Assembly (NCBI GenBank): GCA_043228905.1
Contig: JBHGNT010000014.1
Coordinates: 6,696,001 to 6,760,000 of the forward strand
Direction of reading: 5' to 3'
DNA: 64,000 nucleotides
DNA from: Azolla caroliniana
Lineage: Eukaryota > Plantae > Polypodiophyta
Shown here: positions 1 to 11,199 of the stretch, piece after piece
How the letters are laid out: each line of letters starts with the position of its first letter
Numbering within the stretch: position 1 is the first letter of the stretch
Position numbers and translations under genes: made by a program
Notes under the pieces: generated by a model
Seen by the model: only the letters and a program-made list of their open reading frames with translations
Databases searched by the model: none
What the model was told of the DNA's origin: nothing

Positions 1-43
1 TCGTCCTGGTGAAGCAACATTTGATAATCAAAAGCAAGTAATC

Positions 44-1516
44 TTGGGACCAACACGATTGCACACGACGCGGATTTTTCACACCCCGATGGATTCACGG
101 ATTACCGATGACATACGTGCAACCTTGAAGACGGATAGTTTTGCTCAAGACATCCTGGCGCACATTGATACTTCTCGGGCATCCTGTTCTCAGTCTCAAC
201 AACCAGGTATTGACTACCGACAATTCGAATATCATGATGGTTTGTTATTCTTTAAAAAGCGCGTATATGTCCCCGATTGCTCCTGTCGCCTTCAAATTGT
301 CCAACATTGTCACGACACCCATACGGCGGGACATTTCGGTAGTACTAAGACGTTGGAGCTAGTGCAGCGATCTTTTTGGTGGCCCCACATGCGCCGTTTT
401 GTCGACGACTACGTTCGGACCTGTGATGCTTGCTGCCGAGCAAAGATGCCACGACACCATCCATATGGCTTGTTGGAACCTTTACCAATTCCAAGTAAGC
501 CATGGCAGTCTATTTGTCTTGATTTTATCACAGATCTGCCGGTCTCGAAAGGGTTCGATGCTATCCTAACCGTCGTCGATCGATATACGAAGATGGCACA
601 TTTTGTGCCATGTACTAAAGCCATCACTAGCGAGGAAACCGCCGCTCTTGTTATGCGTGAGGTTTTTCGGCATCATGGCCTCCCAGACAGTATTATCAGT
701 GACCGAGGCCCGCAATTTGTCTCCAAATTTTGGCAGCATCTCTTCAAGATGCTCAAGGTCTCCTGCAACCTCTCCTCCGGCTACCATCCTCAGACCGACG
801 GACAGGCGGAACGAACAAACCAAACGCTGGAGCAATATCTCCGGTGTTTCCTGAGTTATCAACAGGACGATTGGGCCGAGATTCTCCACTTTGCGGAGTT
901 TGCGTATAATAATGCTATTCACTCCTCGACTCGGGTCTCCCCATTTTTCGCTTATACCGGTTTCCATCCTCGCTGGTCGGTGATCGACGCTCCGGAGCTA
1001 CCTACCAACCCTCGTGCCGAGGATCATTTGGAGAGGCTACGCAAGATCCAGATGGATCTCTCTACTCACCTTCGTCATGCTCAACACACACAGAAGACTT
1101 ATGCGGATCGTCATCGGATTCCCTCCTCTTTTGCCATCGGAGATCGAGTATGGCTCTTACGTCGTCACATCAAGACTACTCGACCGTGCGACAAGTTGGA
1201 TTATCGACGACTCGGTCCTTTCCGTATTACGGGGAAGATTAATGATGTCACCTTCCGCCTTGATCTCCCTCCGCAGCTTCAGATACATCCGGTTTTCCAT
1301 TGTTCTCTTCTTGAACCTTATAAAGCAAACACCATTCCCGATCGTGTGACACCACCGCCGCCCCCACTGGAGTTGGACGCCGGCCCGGAGTATGAAGTTG
1401 CTGCCATCCTCGATTCCAAACTTGTTCGCAACAAACTCTATTACTTGGTCGATTGGCTCGGTTATAGTCCGAGCGAACGTACTTGGGTCATGAGATGGCA
1501 AGACTCGAACCCATGA
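44..1516 (+). pseudogene. pol: Gypsy integrase-chromodomain, partial pol (5' end outside window, C-terminus deleted)
   Basis: Homology to the sister element stops after SERTW, where the sequence jumps directly into the LTR; the chromodomain tail and PPT are missing. Confidence 0.9.
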
Positions 1517-1912
1517 CCTTATGGTATATGGGTCGAGCTCTTAACCATCTCACCATCTATTGTAATTCATAGAATATTATTTTCATTTATGTTTTATTAT
1601 AAGAAAGTAATGTATATTCCAGATTTCTCTGGAACATTCTAGAAGCTTCAGGATTATTCCTGAGAACACTATAAAAGAAGGCACTAAGCATTATGTTGAA
1701 CCAAATTGGTTCAACACCAGTCTTAAGCCTCTTAGCCGATTTGTACTTATCTTTCATATAATATAAGAGCTGCTGTCATCATTCTATTTCTCTCTCTCTC
1801 CTCTTCTCACTTCCTCTCTCTCGGGAATCTTACGCAGTCCTGTCTTCTTAGTACTAATAGTACTACTCTTCTTAGTACTAATTCCATCTCTGCTTTAGTA
1901 CTATTCCTGACA
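1487..1912 (+). repeat. 3' LTR of the plus-strand chromovirus
   Basis: Diverged reverse-complement homologue of LTR 1914-2337; TATAAAA at about 1669; ends TGACA. Confidence 0.88.
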
Positions 1913-1913
1913 G

Positions 1914-2001
1914 TGTCAGGAACTCTATTAAGGCAGAGAAGGAATTAGTACTAAAAGAAGGATTAGTACTATGAGAGGTGTCGAACTTTGAGAGAAGGAA
2001 T

Positions 2002-2047
<46 letters not shown>

Positions 2048-2337
2048 TGATGCGAAAGATATATGTATTATATGACGGAAGATATACAACAGTAGTTAGA
2101 AGGCTTAAGACTGGCGTTGAACCGATTTGGTTCGAACTAATGCCTTGCGCCTCCTTTTATAGTGTCTTCAGGAATACTCCTGAAGTTTCTAGAATGTTCC
2201 AGAGAAATCTGGAATATACATCAATTTCCCAATAAAACCTAAATGAAAATAATATCCTTCAAATTACAATTCATACCCTAATGGTAAAGTCTCGACCCGT
2301 GTAACAAAAGGTTATGGGTTCGAGTCTAGTTATGACA
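1914..2337 (-). repeat. 3' LTR (424 bp)
   Basis: Direct repeat of 7173-7598; TG..CA ends; adjacent PPT. Confidence 0.96.
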
Positions 2338-5300
2338 CTATCCCCCCTTTAAAACGACGAGTTTCACGAGTCGTTTTGGATTGAGGACCCGGTTTCTCGG
2401 GATATCGTCGATGGAAGTCTTCTAGAAGAGCACGAGCATTGGTCACATTCTCGATCGGTTCCCAAGTACGCTCGCTGGGACTATATCCTAGCCAATCGAC
2501 TAGATAGTAGAGCTTGTTGCGAACAATCTTGGAATCGAGGATGGCAGCGACCTCATACTCAGGTCCATCTTCGAGCTCGATAGGAGGTGGAGGTTGTATA
2601 GTACGTCCTGGGATAGTGCTCTCGTGATAGGGTTCGAGGAGAGAACTATGAAACACCGGGTGTATCCGAAGTTGCGGAGGTAGCTCGAGACGAAAAGCGA
2701 CATCATTAATCTTCCCGATAATACGGAAAGGACCTAATCGCCGATAATCCAACTTCTCACATGGGCGAGTAGTCTTGATGTGTCGTCGTAGCAGCCACAC
2801 CCGATCTCCAATGTTAAAACTGGATGGAAGTCGATGACGATCTGCGTAGTCCTTGTGTGATTGTTGAGCTTGCTGGAGTTGAGTAGATAAATCCGCTTGT
2901 ATCTTGCGTAACCGCTCCAAACGATCCTCCGCGCAAGGATTTGTGGACACTTCTGGGGTTTCAAGGACACACCACCGGGGATGATATCCCGTATAAGCGT
3001 AGAATGGCGTGACTTTAGTCGATGCGTGGATAGCGTTATTATAGGCAAATTCGGCGAACTGAAGAATATCTGCCCAGTCATTCTGATGATAGTTGAGAAA
3101 GCACCGCAGATACTGCTCCAGTGTTTGATTTGTTCGTTCGGCTTGACCGTCGGTTTGTGGGTGGTAGCCGGAGGAGAGGTTACAAGTGACCTTCAGCATT
3201 TTAAAAAGGTGCTTCCAGAATTTTGACACAAACTGGGGTCCACGATCGCTGATGATATTATCAGGGAGTCCATGATGCCGACATACTTCCCGCATGACAA
3301 TTTCGGCGGTGTCTTCACTAGATATTTCTTTAGTACATGGTAAGAAATGAGCCATCTTCGTATATCGATCCACCACTGTGAGAATCGCACTGAATCCCTT
3401 AGAGACTGGAAGATCTGTAATGAAGTCAAGAGCAATGGATTGCCATGGCTTGCTTGGAATTGGTAATGGTTCTAATAAACCATATGGATGATGTCTTGGC
3501 ATTTTCGCTCTGCAGCATGTATCGCAAGTCCGAACAAAATCTTCGACAAATTGTCGCATATGGGGCCACCAGAATGATCGTTGTACTAAATCTAATGTTT
3601 TAGTACTACCAAAATGTCCTGCTGTATATGTGTCATGGCAGTTTTGTACTACTCGAAGGCGGCAAGAACCATTAGGAACATACAAAAGTTCTTTAAAGAA
3701 GAGTAATCCATCACAGTATTTGAATTGCCGATAATCCGTACCTGGTGATTGTGATTGTGAACATGACGCTCGAGAGGGGTCAATTTGTGCTAGTATAGCT
3801 TGGGCGAAAGCGTCAGTCTTCAAGTCCTCACGTATAGTATTGGTAATGTCGGAATCCACGGGCATGTCAAAGACCTGTGCTGCTTGCAGTCGTGCTGGAC
3901 CCAAGATTACTTGCTTCTGGTTATCGAAAGCTGGCTCACCGGGACGTGGTGTTAGATACGAACGCCGTGATAATGCATCTGCCTTCCCTTGGTGCTTCCC
4001 CGGACGATATGTAATTTTGAAGTCGAAGCTTGTGAGGAAGTGGGCCCACCGAGCTTGACGTCGATTCAGTACACGAGCATCTTGAAAGTAGGCAAGGTTC
4101 TTGTGGTCACTGAATACAGTGACCTGATGAGGAGATCCCTCCAGGAAATGCCTCCATTGCATAAAAGAATCAACTATTGCTAATAGCTCTTTATCATGAA
4201 TTTCGTAGTTGATTTCGGCGGCGTCAAACTTACGGGAGTGGAAAGCCACAGGATGTAGCTTCTCGTCGTTACCCTGTTGTGACAGAATGCTCCCCAATGC
4301 GAAATCCGATGCATCAGCTTCGATAATGAATGGTTTTTCCGGATCCACATGACCTAAAATTGGAGCTGATGTAAACGCCTTCTTAAGACTCTCGAAAGCC
4401 ATGTCCGTCTCTTTAGACCAAATGAATGATTGTCCCTTCCTGGTGAGCTGTGTGAGAGGCAGCACAATTTTTGAGTAATTTTGTATGAACTTCCGGTAGA
4501 AATTTGCAAAGCCTAGGAAGCATTGCACATCCCGCACCGAACGCGGAGTGTGCCATTCTATCACCGTTTTGACCTTGGCTGGGTCCATAGATATGCCTTC
4601 TGAGGAGATGACATAGCCGAGAAACTCCACTTGGTTGCACCCGAAACTACATTTCTCTAACTTTGCATACAGACCATGTTCTCGAAGTCGTTTTAGTACT
4701 AATAGTACATGAGAATCATGTTCTTCTTGGGTCTTTGAATAAACCAGTAGATCATCCAAATAGATGATCAAAAAATCATCCAAGAGATCTCGAAATATAT
4801 CATTCGCCATGTGCTGGAAGACTGCCGGCGCATTAGTGAGTCCGAACGGCATGACCGTATACTCGAAGTGCCCATATCTGGTGCGAAACGCGGTCTTCCA
4901 TTCATCTCCTGGTCGGATCCGTACGAGGTTATAGGCTCCTCGTAAGTCTATCTTCGTGAAGAACCTGGCACCGTTGATCCGTTCTAAAAGACTTGAGATA
5001 AGGGGAAGAGCATACCTATTTCTTACTGTGACCTTATTCAAGCCACGGTAATCTACAACGAGTCGAAGCGAGCCATCTTTTTTCTTGACGAAGAAAATGG
5101 GTGCGCCGGCTGGAGATTTCGAATGCCGAATGAAACCGTTCTCCAAATTCTCCTCTATATAGGCTCGAAGGACTTCTAGCTCGGTTGGTGACAAATTGTA
5201 GATCGGCCCCCATGGCGGCTCTTTTCCCGGTTGTAAGTCGATGGCGCAGTCGTACGGCCGATGATGAGGAAGTGTGTTGGCTTGTACTTTATCGAACACA

Positions 5301-5926
5301 TCAGCATACTGACGATACTTCTCGGGAAGTTGAACGGTGGACTCCTCTTTGGTGGTGCTGGAGGGTTGTACTGATATTGCAAAGAGAAACATTTCCTCCT
5401 TGCGCCCTTCCTCACGCAACTGACGTAGCGAAATGGTTGCAACCTTCTGGGTAGATCCTTGGGTTTGTCGCAACCGGATTTCCCTTGTCCTCCAATCTAT
5501 GTCTGGGTCATGTAACTCGAACCATGGTAATCCTAAAACTATGGGATGTTCTGGAATACTAATAATATTAAATGATACTACACATGTTAAGTTATCTAGG
5601 ACAATATTAACGGGTTCCGACTCTTCTATGATATTACCAGAAGCAATGGGACGACCATCAATGACTACTACTGAGGCTGGACATGGGAGCTTTCTGAGAG
5701 ATATCTGATGAGCTCGGGCAAAATTCCTATCCATGAAGCAAGAATTAGCTCCGGAATCTAGAAGGGCTAAGGTATGTACTGGAGGGGTACTTTTAGTACT
5801 AACTGCTACTTGGGCTACGAACACATCACTAACTTGCTTAGAGGGAATGGAACCACTAATGGGCTGCACAGATCTAGGGCTGTCCAACCAAACGGCTCCT
5901 ATTTTGGCTGGACTTAGTCGTTTAAC
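2330..5926 (-). CDS. pol: Pol polyprotein (aspartic protease, RT, RNase H, integrase, chromodomain), probably reached by -1 frameshift from gag
   Basis: LLDSGA (PR), YLDD (RT), ADASDF/DHKNL (RH), HHCC+DDE+GPF (INT), chromodomain. The ORF-track start at 5887 is TTG; the frame is -1 relative to gag and open back to the slippery site at 5920-5926. Confidence 0.95.
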   Translation of the reverse strand, partial: VKRLSPAKIGAVWLDSPRSVQPISGSIPSKQVSDVFVAQVAVSTKSTPPVHTLALLDSGANSCFMDRNFARAHQISLRKLPCPASVVVIDGRPIASGNIIEESEPVNIVLDNLTCVVSFNIISIPEHPIVLGLPWFELHDPDIDWRTREIRLRQTQGSTQKVATISLRQLREEGRKEEMFLFAISVQPSSTTKEESTVQLPEKYRQYADVFDKVQANTLPHHRPYDCAIDLQPGKEPPWGPIYNLSPTELEVLRAYIEENLENGFIRHSKSPAGAPIFFVKKKDGSLRLVVDYRGLNKVTVRNRYALPLISSLLERINGARFFTKIDLRGAYNLVRIRPGDEWKTAFRTRYGHFEYTVMPFGLTNAPAVFQHMANDIFRDLLDDFLIIYLDDLLVYSKTQEEHDSHVLLVLKRLREHGLYAKLEKCSFGCNQVEFLGYVISSEGISMDPAKVKTVIEWHTPRSVRDVQCFLGFANFYRKFIQNYSKIVLPLTQLTRKGQSFIWSKETDMAFESLKKAFTSAPILGHVDPEKPFIIEADASDFALGSILSQQGNDEKLHPVAFHSRKFDAAEINYEIHDKELLAIVDSFMQWRHFLEGSPHQVTVFSDHKNLAYFQDARVLNRRQARWAHFLTSFDFKITYRPGKHQGKADALSRRSYLTPRPGEPAFDNQKQVILGPARLQAAQVFDMPVDSDITNTIREDLKTDAFAQAILAQIDPSRASCSQSQSPGTDYRQFKYCDGLLFFKELLYVPNGSCRLRVVQNCHDTYTAGHFGSTKTLDLVQRSFWWPHMRQFVEDFVRTCDTCCRAKMPRHHPYGLLEPLPIPSKPWQSIALDFITDLPVSKGFSAILTVVDRYTKMAHFLPCTKEISSEDTAEIVMREVCRHHGLPDNIISDRGPQFVSKFWKHLFKMLKVTCNLSSGYHPQTDGQAERTNQTLEQYLRCFLNYHQNDWADILQFAEFAYNNAIHASTKVTPFYAYTGYHPRWCVLETPEVSTNPCAEDRLERLRKIQADLSTQLQQAQQSHKDYADRHRLPSSFNIGDRVWLLRRHIKTTRPCEKLDYRRLGPFRIIGKINDVAFRLELPPQLRIHPVFHSSLLEPYHESTIPGRTIQPPPPIELEDGPEYEVAAILDSKIVRNKLYYLVDWLGYSPSERTWEPIENVTNARALLEDFHRRYPEKPGPQSKTTRETRRFKGGIVS
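2338..2351 (-). promoter_or_regulatory. Polypurine tract
   Basis: Reverse complement reads AAAGGGGGGATAG immediately before the 3' LTR. Confidence 0.9.
5882..5926 (-). promoter_or_regulatory. Putative -1 ribosomal frameshift signal (G_UUA_AAC plus downstream hairpin)
   Basis: Sense strand GAG TTA AAC GAC TAA, then an 11-bp stem GTCCAGCCAAA..TTTGGTTGGAC 6 nt after the heptamer. Confidence 0.75.
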
Positions 5927-7083
5927 TCTTCTTCTAATTGGCTAAGGACATCAAATTTGTTTGCGAGATTCAGACTATTAGTACTATTAGGACTATTATG
6001 ACTATGAGGATTATCAGAGATTCCTACTGAAATAGACTCGGGTTTAGTATAGTCAGAACTAACAATGACTTGGTTTACCTGCCTTCTTGGTCTATGGGGA
6101 CAGTTTATCGCGATATGCCCTGGTCCACCGCAATAAAGGCATAATCGGTTTGTTCGGCGTCGTTGCTTTTCCTCCTCCGATAGCAGCCCACGACGACGTG
6201 TAGTGTCAATTTCCATTGGAGTTGGAGTACTTACTGGAGGCGCATTATGTGACTCCCTTTGAAAAGGTTTCGCTACCACTGAGGCATAGGTAGGCTCGGA
6301 TCTTGCCCTCGGCATCTGAAATTGTCGTTCCGAACGTCGCTCGAAGAGGCGGTTGTCACATCTGACCGCTCGACTGATTGCTTCTGTTAATGATTTTGGC
6401 TCTTCAGGGAAAGTCAAGAGTAAATCCTTGACATCGTTGCGTAGACCATAGCGGAACTGCTCCATCAATGCTTGATCATCCCAGGGGATATCGGCGGCGA
6501 GTAGGCGGAAATCTGCAGCATATGCGGAGGCTGGACGGTCACCTTGGCGTAATCGCCGGATTTTGTTGATTGCAGTCCTTATGCTGTCAGTATCTCCAAA
6601 ACATGCTTTAAACTCACTTATGAATTCTTCAAAATTATTTAGTACTGGAGATTCCTTTTCTAGTAGCGGAGCGAACCATGCTAATGCTGAGCCATTTAAC
6701 AACGTGCCTACTAAACCCACTCGTGATGCATCGGTGGGATATCGGGACGGATGCATTTGAATAACTAACCGTACCTGGTTAAGAAACCCTCTAAACTGCG
6801 ATCGCGTTCCATCGAACTTCGTGGGAAGGCCAATCTTGGGTTCTTTATGAATCCCTTGTGCTCCGTGCCCTTGTTGTTGCATTGCTACGATGGTTGCTTC
6901 GAGTTGTTGCACGCGTAATGCAAGTTCCCCATGCTGTTGTTGCGTTTGCTGCTTTTCTAAGGAAATTTGCTGAAGATCCCCCAACAAGCGTTGATTTTCT
7001 TGTTCCAAAGCATGAAACTTCTCTTTCAAACATTGAAATTCCGAGAAAACGGATTGATACTCTTCAGCGCTAACGGTGGCCAT
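5914..7083 (-). CDS. gag: Gag (PEG10/Ty3-like capsid, CCHC zinc knuckle)
   Basis: 389 aa with N-terminal coiled coil, PTKFDGTRSQFRGF, LRQG, PTPMEID and CLYCGGPGHIAINC. Confidence 0.95.
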   Translation of the reverse strand: MATVSAEEYQSVFSEFQCLKEKFHALEQENQRLLGDLQQISLEKQQTQQQHGELALRVQQLEATIVAMQQQGHGAQGIHKEPKIGLPTKFDGTRSQFRGFLNQVRLVIQMHPSRYPTDASRVGLVGTLLNGSALAWFAPLLEKESPVLNNFEEFISEFKACFGDTDSIRTAINKIRRLRQGDRPASAYAADFRLLAADIPWDDQALMEQFRYGLRNDVKDLLLTFPEEPKSLTEAISRAVRCDNRLFERRSERQFQMPRARSEPTYASVVAKPFQRESHNAPPVSTPTPMEIDTTRRRGLLSEEEKQRRRTNRLCLYCGGPGHIAINCPHRPRRQVNQVIVSSDYTKPESISVGISDNPHSHNSPNSTNSLNLANKFDVLSQLEEELND

Positions 7084-7158
7084 GGGATGAAGGAAAAGGG
7101 AAATAAGAGACTAGTAGGAAAGGAGGGAGACAGAAGGAAGAGGGAGACTAGTAGACCA

Positions 7159-7170
7159 AAATCGGTTCAA
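7159..7170 (-). promoter_or_regulatory. Self-priming-type primer binding site
   Basis: TTGAACCGATTT lies 2 nt inside the 5' LTR, lacks the TGG tRNA signature, and is complementary to AAATCGGTTCAA in the LTR (7378-7389). Confidence 0.75.
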
Positions 7171-7172
7171 AC

Positions 7173-7260
7173 TGTCAGGAACTCTATTAAGGCAGAGAAG
7201 GAATTAGTACTAAAAGAAGGATTAGTACTATGAGAGGTGTCGAACTTTGAGAGAAGGAAT

Positions 7261-7308
<48 letters not shown>

Positions 7309-7598
7309 TGATGCGAAAGATATATGTATTATATGACGGAAGATATACAACAGTAGTTAGAAGGCTTAAGACTGGCGTTGAACCGATTTGGTTCGAACTA
7401 ATGCCTTGCGCCTCCTTTTATAGTGTCTTCAGGAATACTCCTGAAGTTTCTAGAATGTTCCAGAGAAATCTGGAATATACATCAATTTCCCAATAAAACC
7501 TAAATGAAAATAATATCCTTCAAATTACAATTCATACCCTAATGGTAAAGTCTCGACCCGTGTAACAAAAGGTTATGGGTTCGAGTCTAGTTATGACA
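7173..7598 (-). repeat. 5' LTR (426 bp)
   Basis: Repeat of 1914-2337; TATAAAA on the minus strand at 7416-7422. Confidence 0.96.
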
Positions 7599-8571
7599 TT
7601 GAGCTACATTCGGGATGCTAAGACACCAAAGGACCCGTGGGCGAATCTCAAGAGAATTTTTTTCGCCGCTAGCACAACGGCCAAGAAGCTGCAGCTCAGA
7701 AAGGAGCTCAACAATGTCCGATAGAAGATCTGTCTATGGCCGATTACACGGCCCGAATCAAGGAGATCTGTGACTCTCTTGTCTCCGTCAACGTGAACGT
7801 CAAGGAGGATGAAATGGTGTAGGTTTATCTTGGTATGTTAGTGTCAAAGTTCGAAGCGTAGTTCCAAACGACGATCTGCACAAGGGAGATTACACCTTCG
7901 TTCTTTGAGCTTCAGTTGATATTGCTCGTGAAGGAAAATCACACGGGTGCGTCAACGAGTACGCACACTGAGAACAAGATGATGTACACAGAGGGAGATA
8001 GGCCCCGTAGTGATGGCGAACAAGGCGGATCGACGCGCAATGGAGGTGGCCGAAAAGAGCAGAACGTGCGGCATAATCGAAATGTTGGAAGCAATTTCGA
8101 ACCCTCTAGAAGCAGGGGGAGTCACATCGGTGTTGGAAGCTGTCCAGAGAAGGCCGCGATGGAATGCTGCTATTGTGGCAAGAAAGGCCATAGAGAGAGC
8201 GAGTCCTGGAAGAAGAGAGCTGATTCAGACAAAGCCGAACCAAGCAGAAGAGACGTAGGAAGGCGTCAGAAATCGCACTACGCCGAAGGCTCAGAACGAG
8301 CCGGATATGGATCGGGCCCAACCTTCGTAATGAATCACAAGGCCAATTCGATGGCCATGAACACCTCGAAATCGAGCGTGGTATGTTGAATCTGGAGCGT
8401 CAATTCATCTGACGAGTCATGAGGAATGGTTCTCGTATATGGAGAAACCGGAAAAGCAAGGAGTGGTCGAAATGGGAGACGTCACTCTGCATACCATCGA
8501 ACATGTCAGAGAAGTTCCTCTCAGCCACGTTGGGCAGAAAGGGAAACTTATGAACGTGTTGCATGTCCCGT

Positions 8572-9520
8572 TGTCGTGAAAATCCGTCACTATGAGCGGA
8601 TCGTGAGGCAGAACTGTCGGGGTTATGGACTGGAAGGAATTAGTGCTCACCCGTATAACACAAGCAAGATTTAAACATAAGACAAGTACGTGGGAGAAAA
8701 CGTTCATTTCTTGCAAAAGAAAATAAATTCTTTATAATTCTCGAATCATGTTACAACGTATTGGATATGAATATGAAAGATCATTCTTGAAAGAAGGGAG
8801 CGAACAACCATGTAAGGAGTGGTCTAATATCAATATGAGAGATTATTTTTTCCCCAAGGAATGGGAGAGGGAAGAAGAGAAAAAGAAGAAGAGAGGAACA
8901 TATACGGAGTTCCTTGTTGATCGTCCTCCAATGTTACTTTGCATGCCCATTTTTGGTTGCATGGCTTTTAGTCGCATGCAACCGTCCGTATAATTCGGCC
9001 ACATGATCCAACATAAAGTTTAGCCCGTGTATTCGTACTTGCATACTGATTCACCCGTGCATCACGACCGACCCACCGAGCCGTGAATCCGTCCAAAACG
9101 TCTATGTGACTGCATGTAACCGGTCGTCCGAACCGTGCACGTAACTCCATGCATCTGAAACGTCTAAACCATGCACACGATTGCATGTGACCGTCCAAGC
9201 CACTCATCCACACAATTCAACTCAAGTCACCTTCAACATTCTATGCTTCACACATAGATATAAAGTGATAGGTTTTGGCTTTCGTTATATACTGTGGGAT
9301 CCATTGTTGTCCTATCTATGTGGGATATCTCCTAGTTTTGTTTTCCCAATCTTCTCAAACTTTATACTTACATAACTTGATACTTAGTTGTTTGTTTCAT
9401 GTGTCGTAAAATACGTTCGAAAGCTCTTCAAGAAGTCCATCTCTCTATATCAACCCATTAAGCTAATATTAAATAATTATTTTACTAGTTTTTATATCAT
9501 GTGTGAAAAATCACATGACA
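8572..9520 (-). repeat. 3' LTR of the deleted Trp-primed Gypsy
   Basis: TGTCG..TGACA termini; homologous to 13383-14562. Confidence 0.9.
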
Positions 9521-11199
9521 TTCACCCCCACCAAACTGGCACATCAGCCAATATGTGCCAATTGTAGTGAGGTTCGTCTTTTGATTATTCTTTTTCAACC
9601 TCGATGGTCAAACCTACATCGTCCAGAGCTTCGATTTCAAGATTTGGGGCCTCTCTTCTCTTAAAGATCTTGATTCTCTTTCCTGAAATTGGCAAAGCAA
9701 GTGGTGTACCATTCAGTTCTACTAAACGATATGTTGCATTATCTTCCACTTTCTTCACCACATATGGTCCAAACCATCATTGTGAAAAATTTCAAGTCGT
9801 ACTATGTTGGTTGTCTAGGCGACTGTCGTAGACCAGCACCCAATCTCCTTCAACAATTTTCCTCGGACGAAATTGATGTCGTTTGTCGAAGTCTTTCTTG
9901 TTCTTCAGCCTTGCATTCTTTAGCCGCGCTTTAGTCACTTCAATATCTTCCAACTTCCGCTCCAACTGTCGAATCCTCAATGCTAGAAGATCTTCTCTAC
10001 TTATCTCATCTTGCCATGGCAATGCAAACCATGAAACAATACTTTGTTCTACTGGCATTATCAGTTTCTGTCCGAATATGAGCTCTTCCAGCATGTATCC
10101 CGTCACCGTGCTATGAGCTCTTCCGGCACGTATCCCGTCACTGTGCTATGTGTAGTCTTGTCAGCCCATAGTGCAAATGGCAATAGACGTGGCCATTCTC
10201 CTATTTTCCTATGGCAAGCTTTCACTAGAGCCTTTACAACGGCAAGCTTCCTGCAAAGGCTTCAACAAATTCATCCACGCTTGGACCAATTCCGGCATTT
10301 CGAATCATCACCTTGTTGACGGGTTGGAGATCTTGAATAAAGCGTAAGGACCCGTTCTTCTTCGGCACCGTAAACCATCTATTGGAGTAGGAAGCATTCG
10401 ACGGCTCAAGAGTTCCCATCCTTTAGAAGCTCAATCAACTTCGGAATGTGAGCTCTTGGAACCAGTGTCAGTTTGAGGTTCCAAGGTAGATGTGATACCG
10501 TCAATATCACCATCGGCTCTATCATATTCGGATCGCCACATCCGATATCTTGTGGGAGAAGGCGAAGGCTTTCCCATGTCGCTCAAGCATTCTACGGAAC
10601 ACTTATTCCTCTTTAGGGAGGAGGAAATCCTCCCTTCCAACTTGTAACTTTCCTTTTGTCTCTTCGGTGAAGACATGACCTATTGCCTTTGGATCCCTTA
10701 AGCTTGGATCATTAGCAACTTGCTTCATCTTTTGCTAGCTATCTTTTGATAGTGGAACCGCAATTGGCTTGATCTTCTTATCCACCATTTTATATTTTAT
10801 GTTGACGTCAGCTTCCTCCATCAAGATGCTTCGATGATATTCATCGATGATAGTGTACATGTTGACGAAGTTAACCGAAATCACGCATTGATCATGAGGA
10901 TAGCTCAAGTCCACGACTTCCTCGATTTCGCCGATGGTGTTTTTAAATGAGGCTTCCTCTAGAATATGAGTCACAAATTCTTCTTCTCCTATTATGCTTC
11001 CTTCTTTCAACGCCTGCTCAAAGTCTTGTATCCGACGCTTGTACTTCTTGTTAAGTAGTGTTAGTTTACATGCGCCACTAGGTGTGACCCATGTTGCTTC
11101 TCCTTGAAATCCACACATTCTGCTTCCTTGTGGGGACTTATGATTGCTCAGACTATTTGTGCCCCACGCTTCAATAGTCTGCTCTAAAAATCCAAGGAT

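Larger units (their letters stand above)
1..1912 (+). mobile_element. 3' part of a Ty3/Gypsy chromovirus (Tcn1/Tf1-like): integrase, truncated chromodomain and 3' LTR
   Basis: ORF 44-1516 has the integrase HHCC (CHDTHTAGHFG..CDAC), DDE core, GPF motif and chromodomain start (EYEVAAILDSK..YLVDWLGY). It is homologous to pol 2330-5887 and is followed by an LTR ending ..CCTGACA at 1912. Confidence 0.93.
1914..7598 (-). mobile_element. Apparently intact full-length Ty3/Gypsy chromovirus (Tcn1/Tf1-like)
   Basis: LTRs 1914-2337 and 7173-7598 have TGTCA..TGACA termini and differ by eye only in (GA)19 vs (GA)20. Uninterrupted gag and pol (PR-RT-RH-INT-chromodomain); PPT next to the 3' LTR. Confidence 0.97.
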
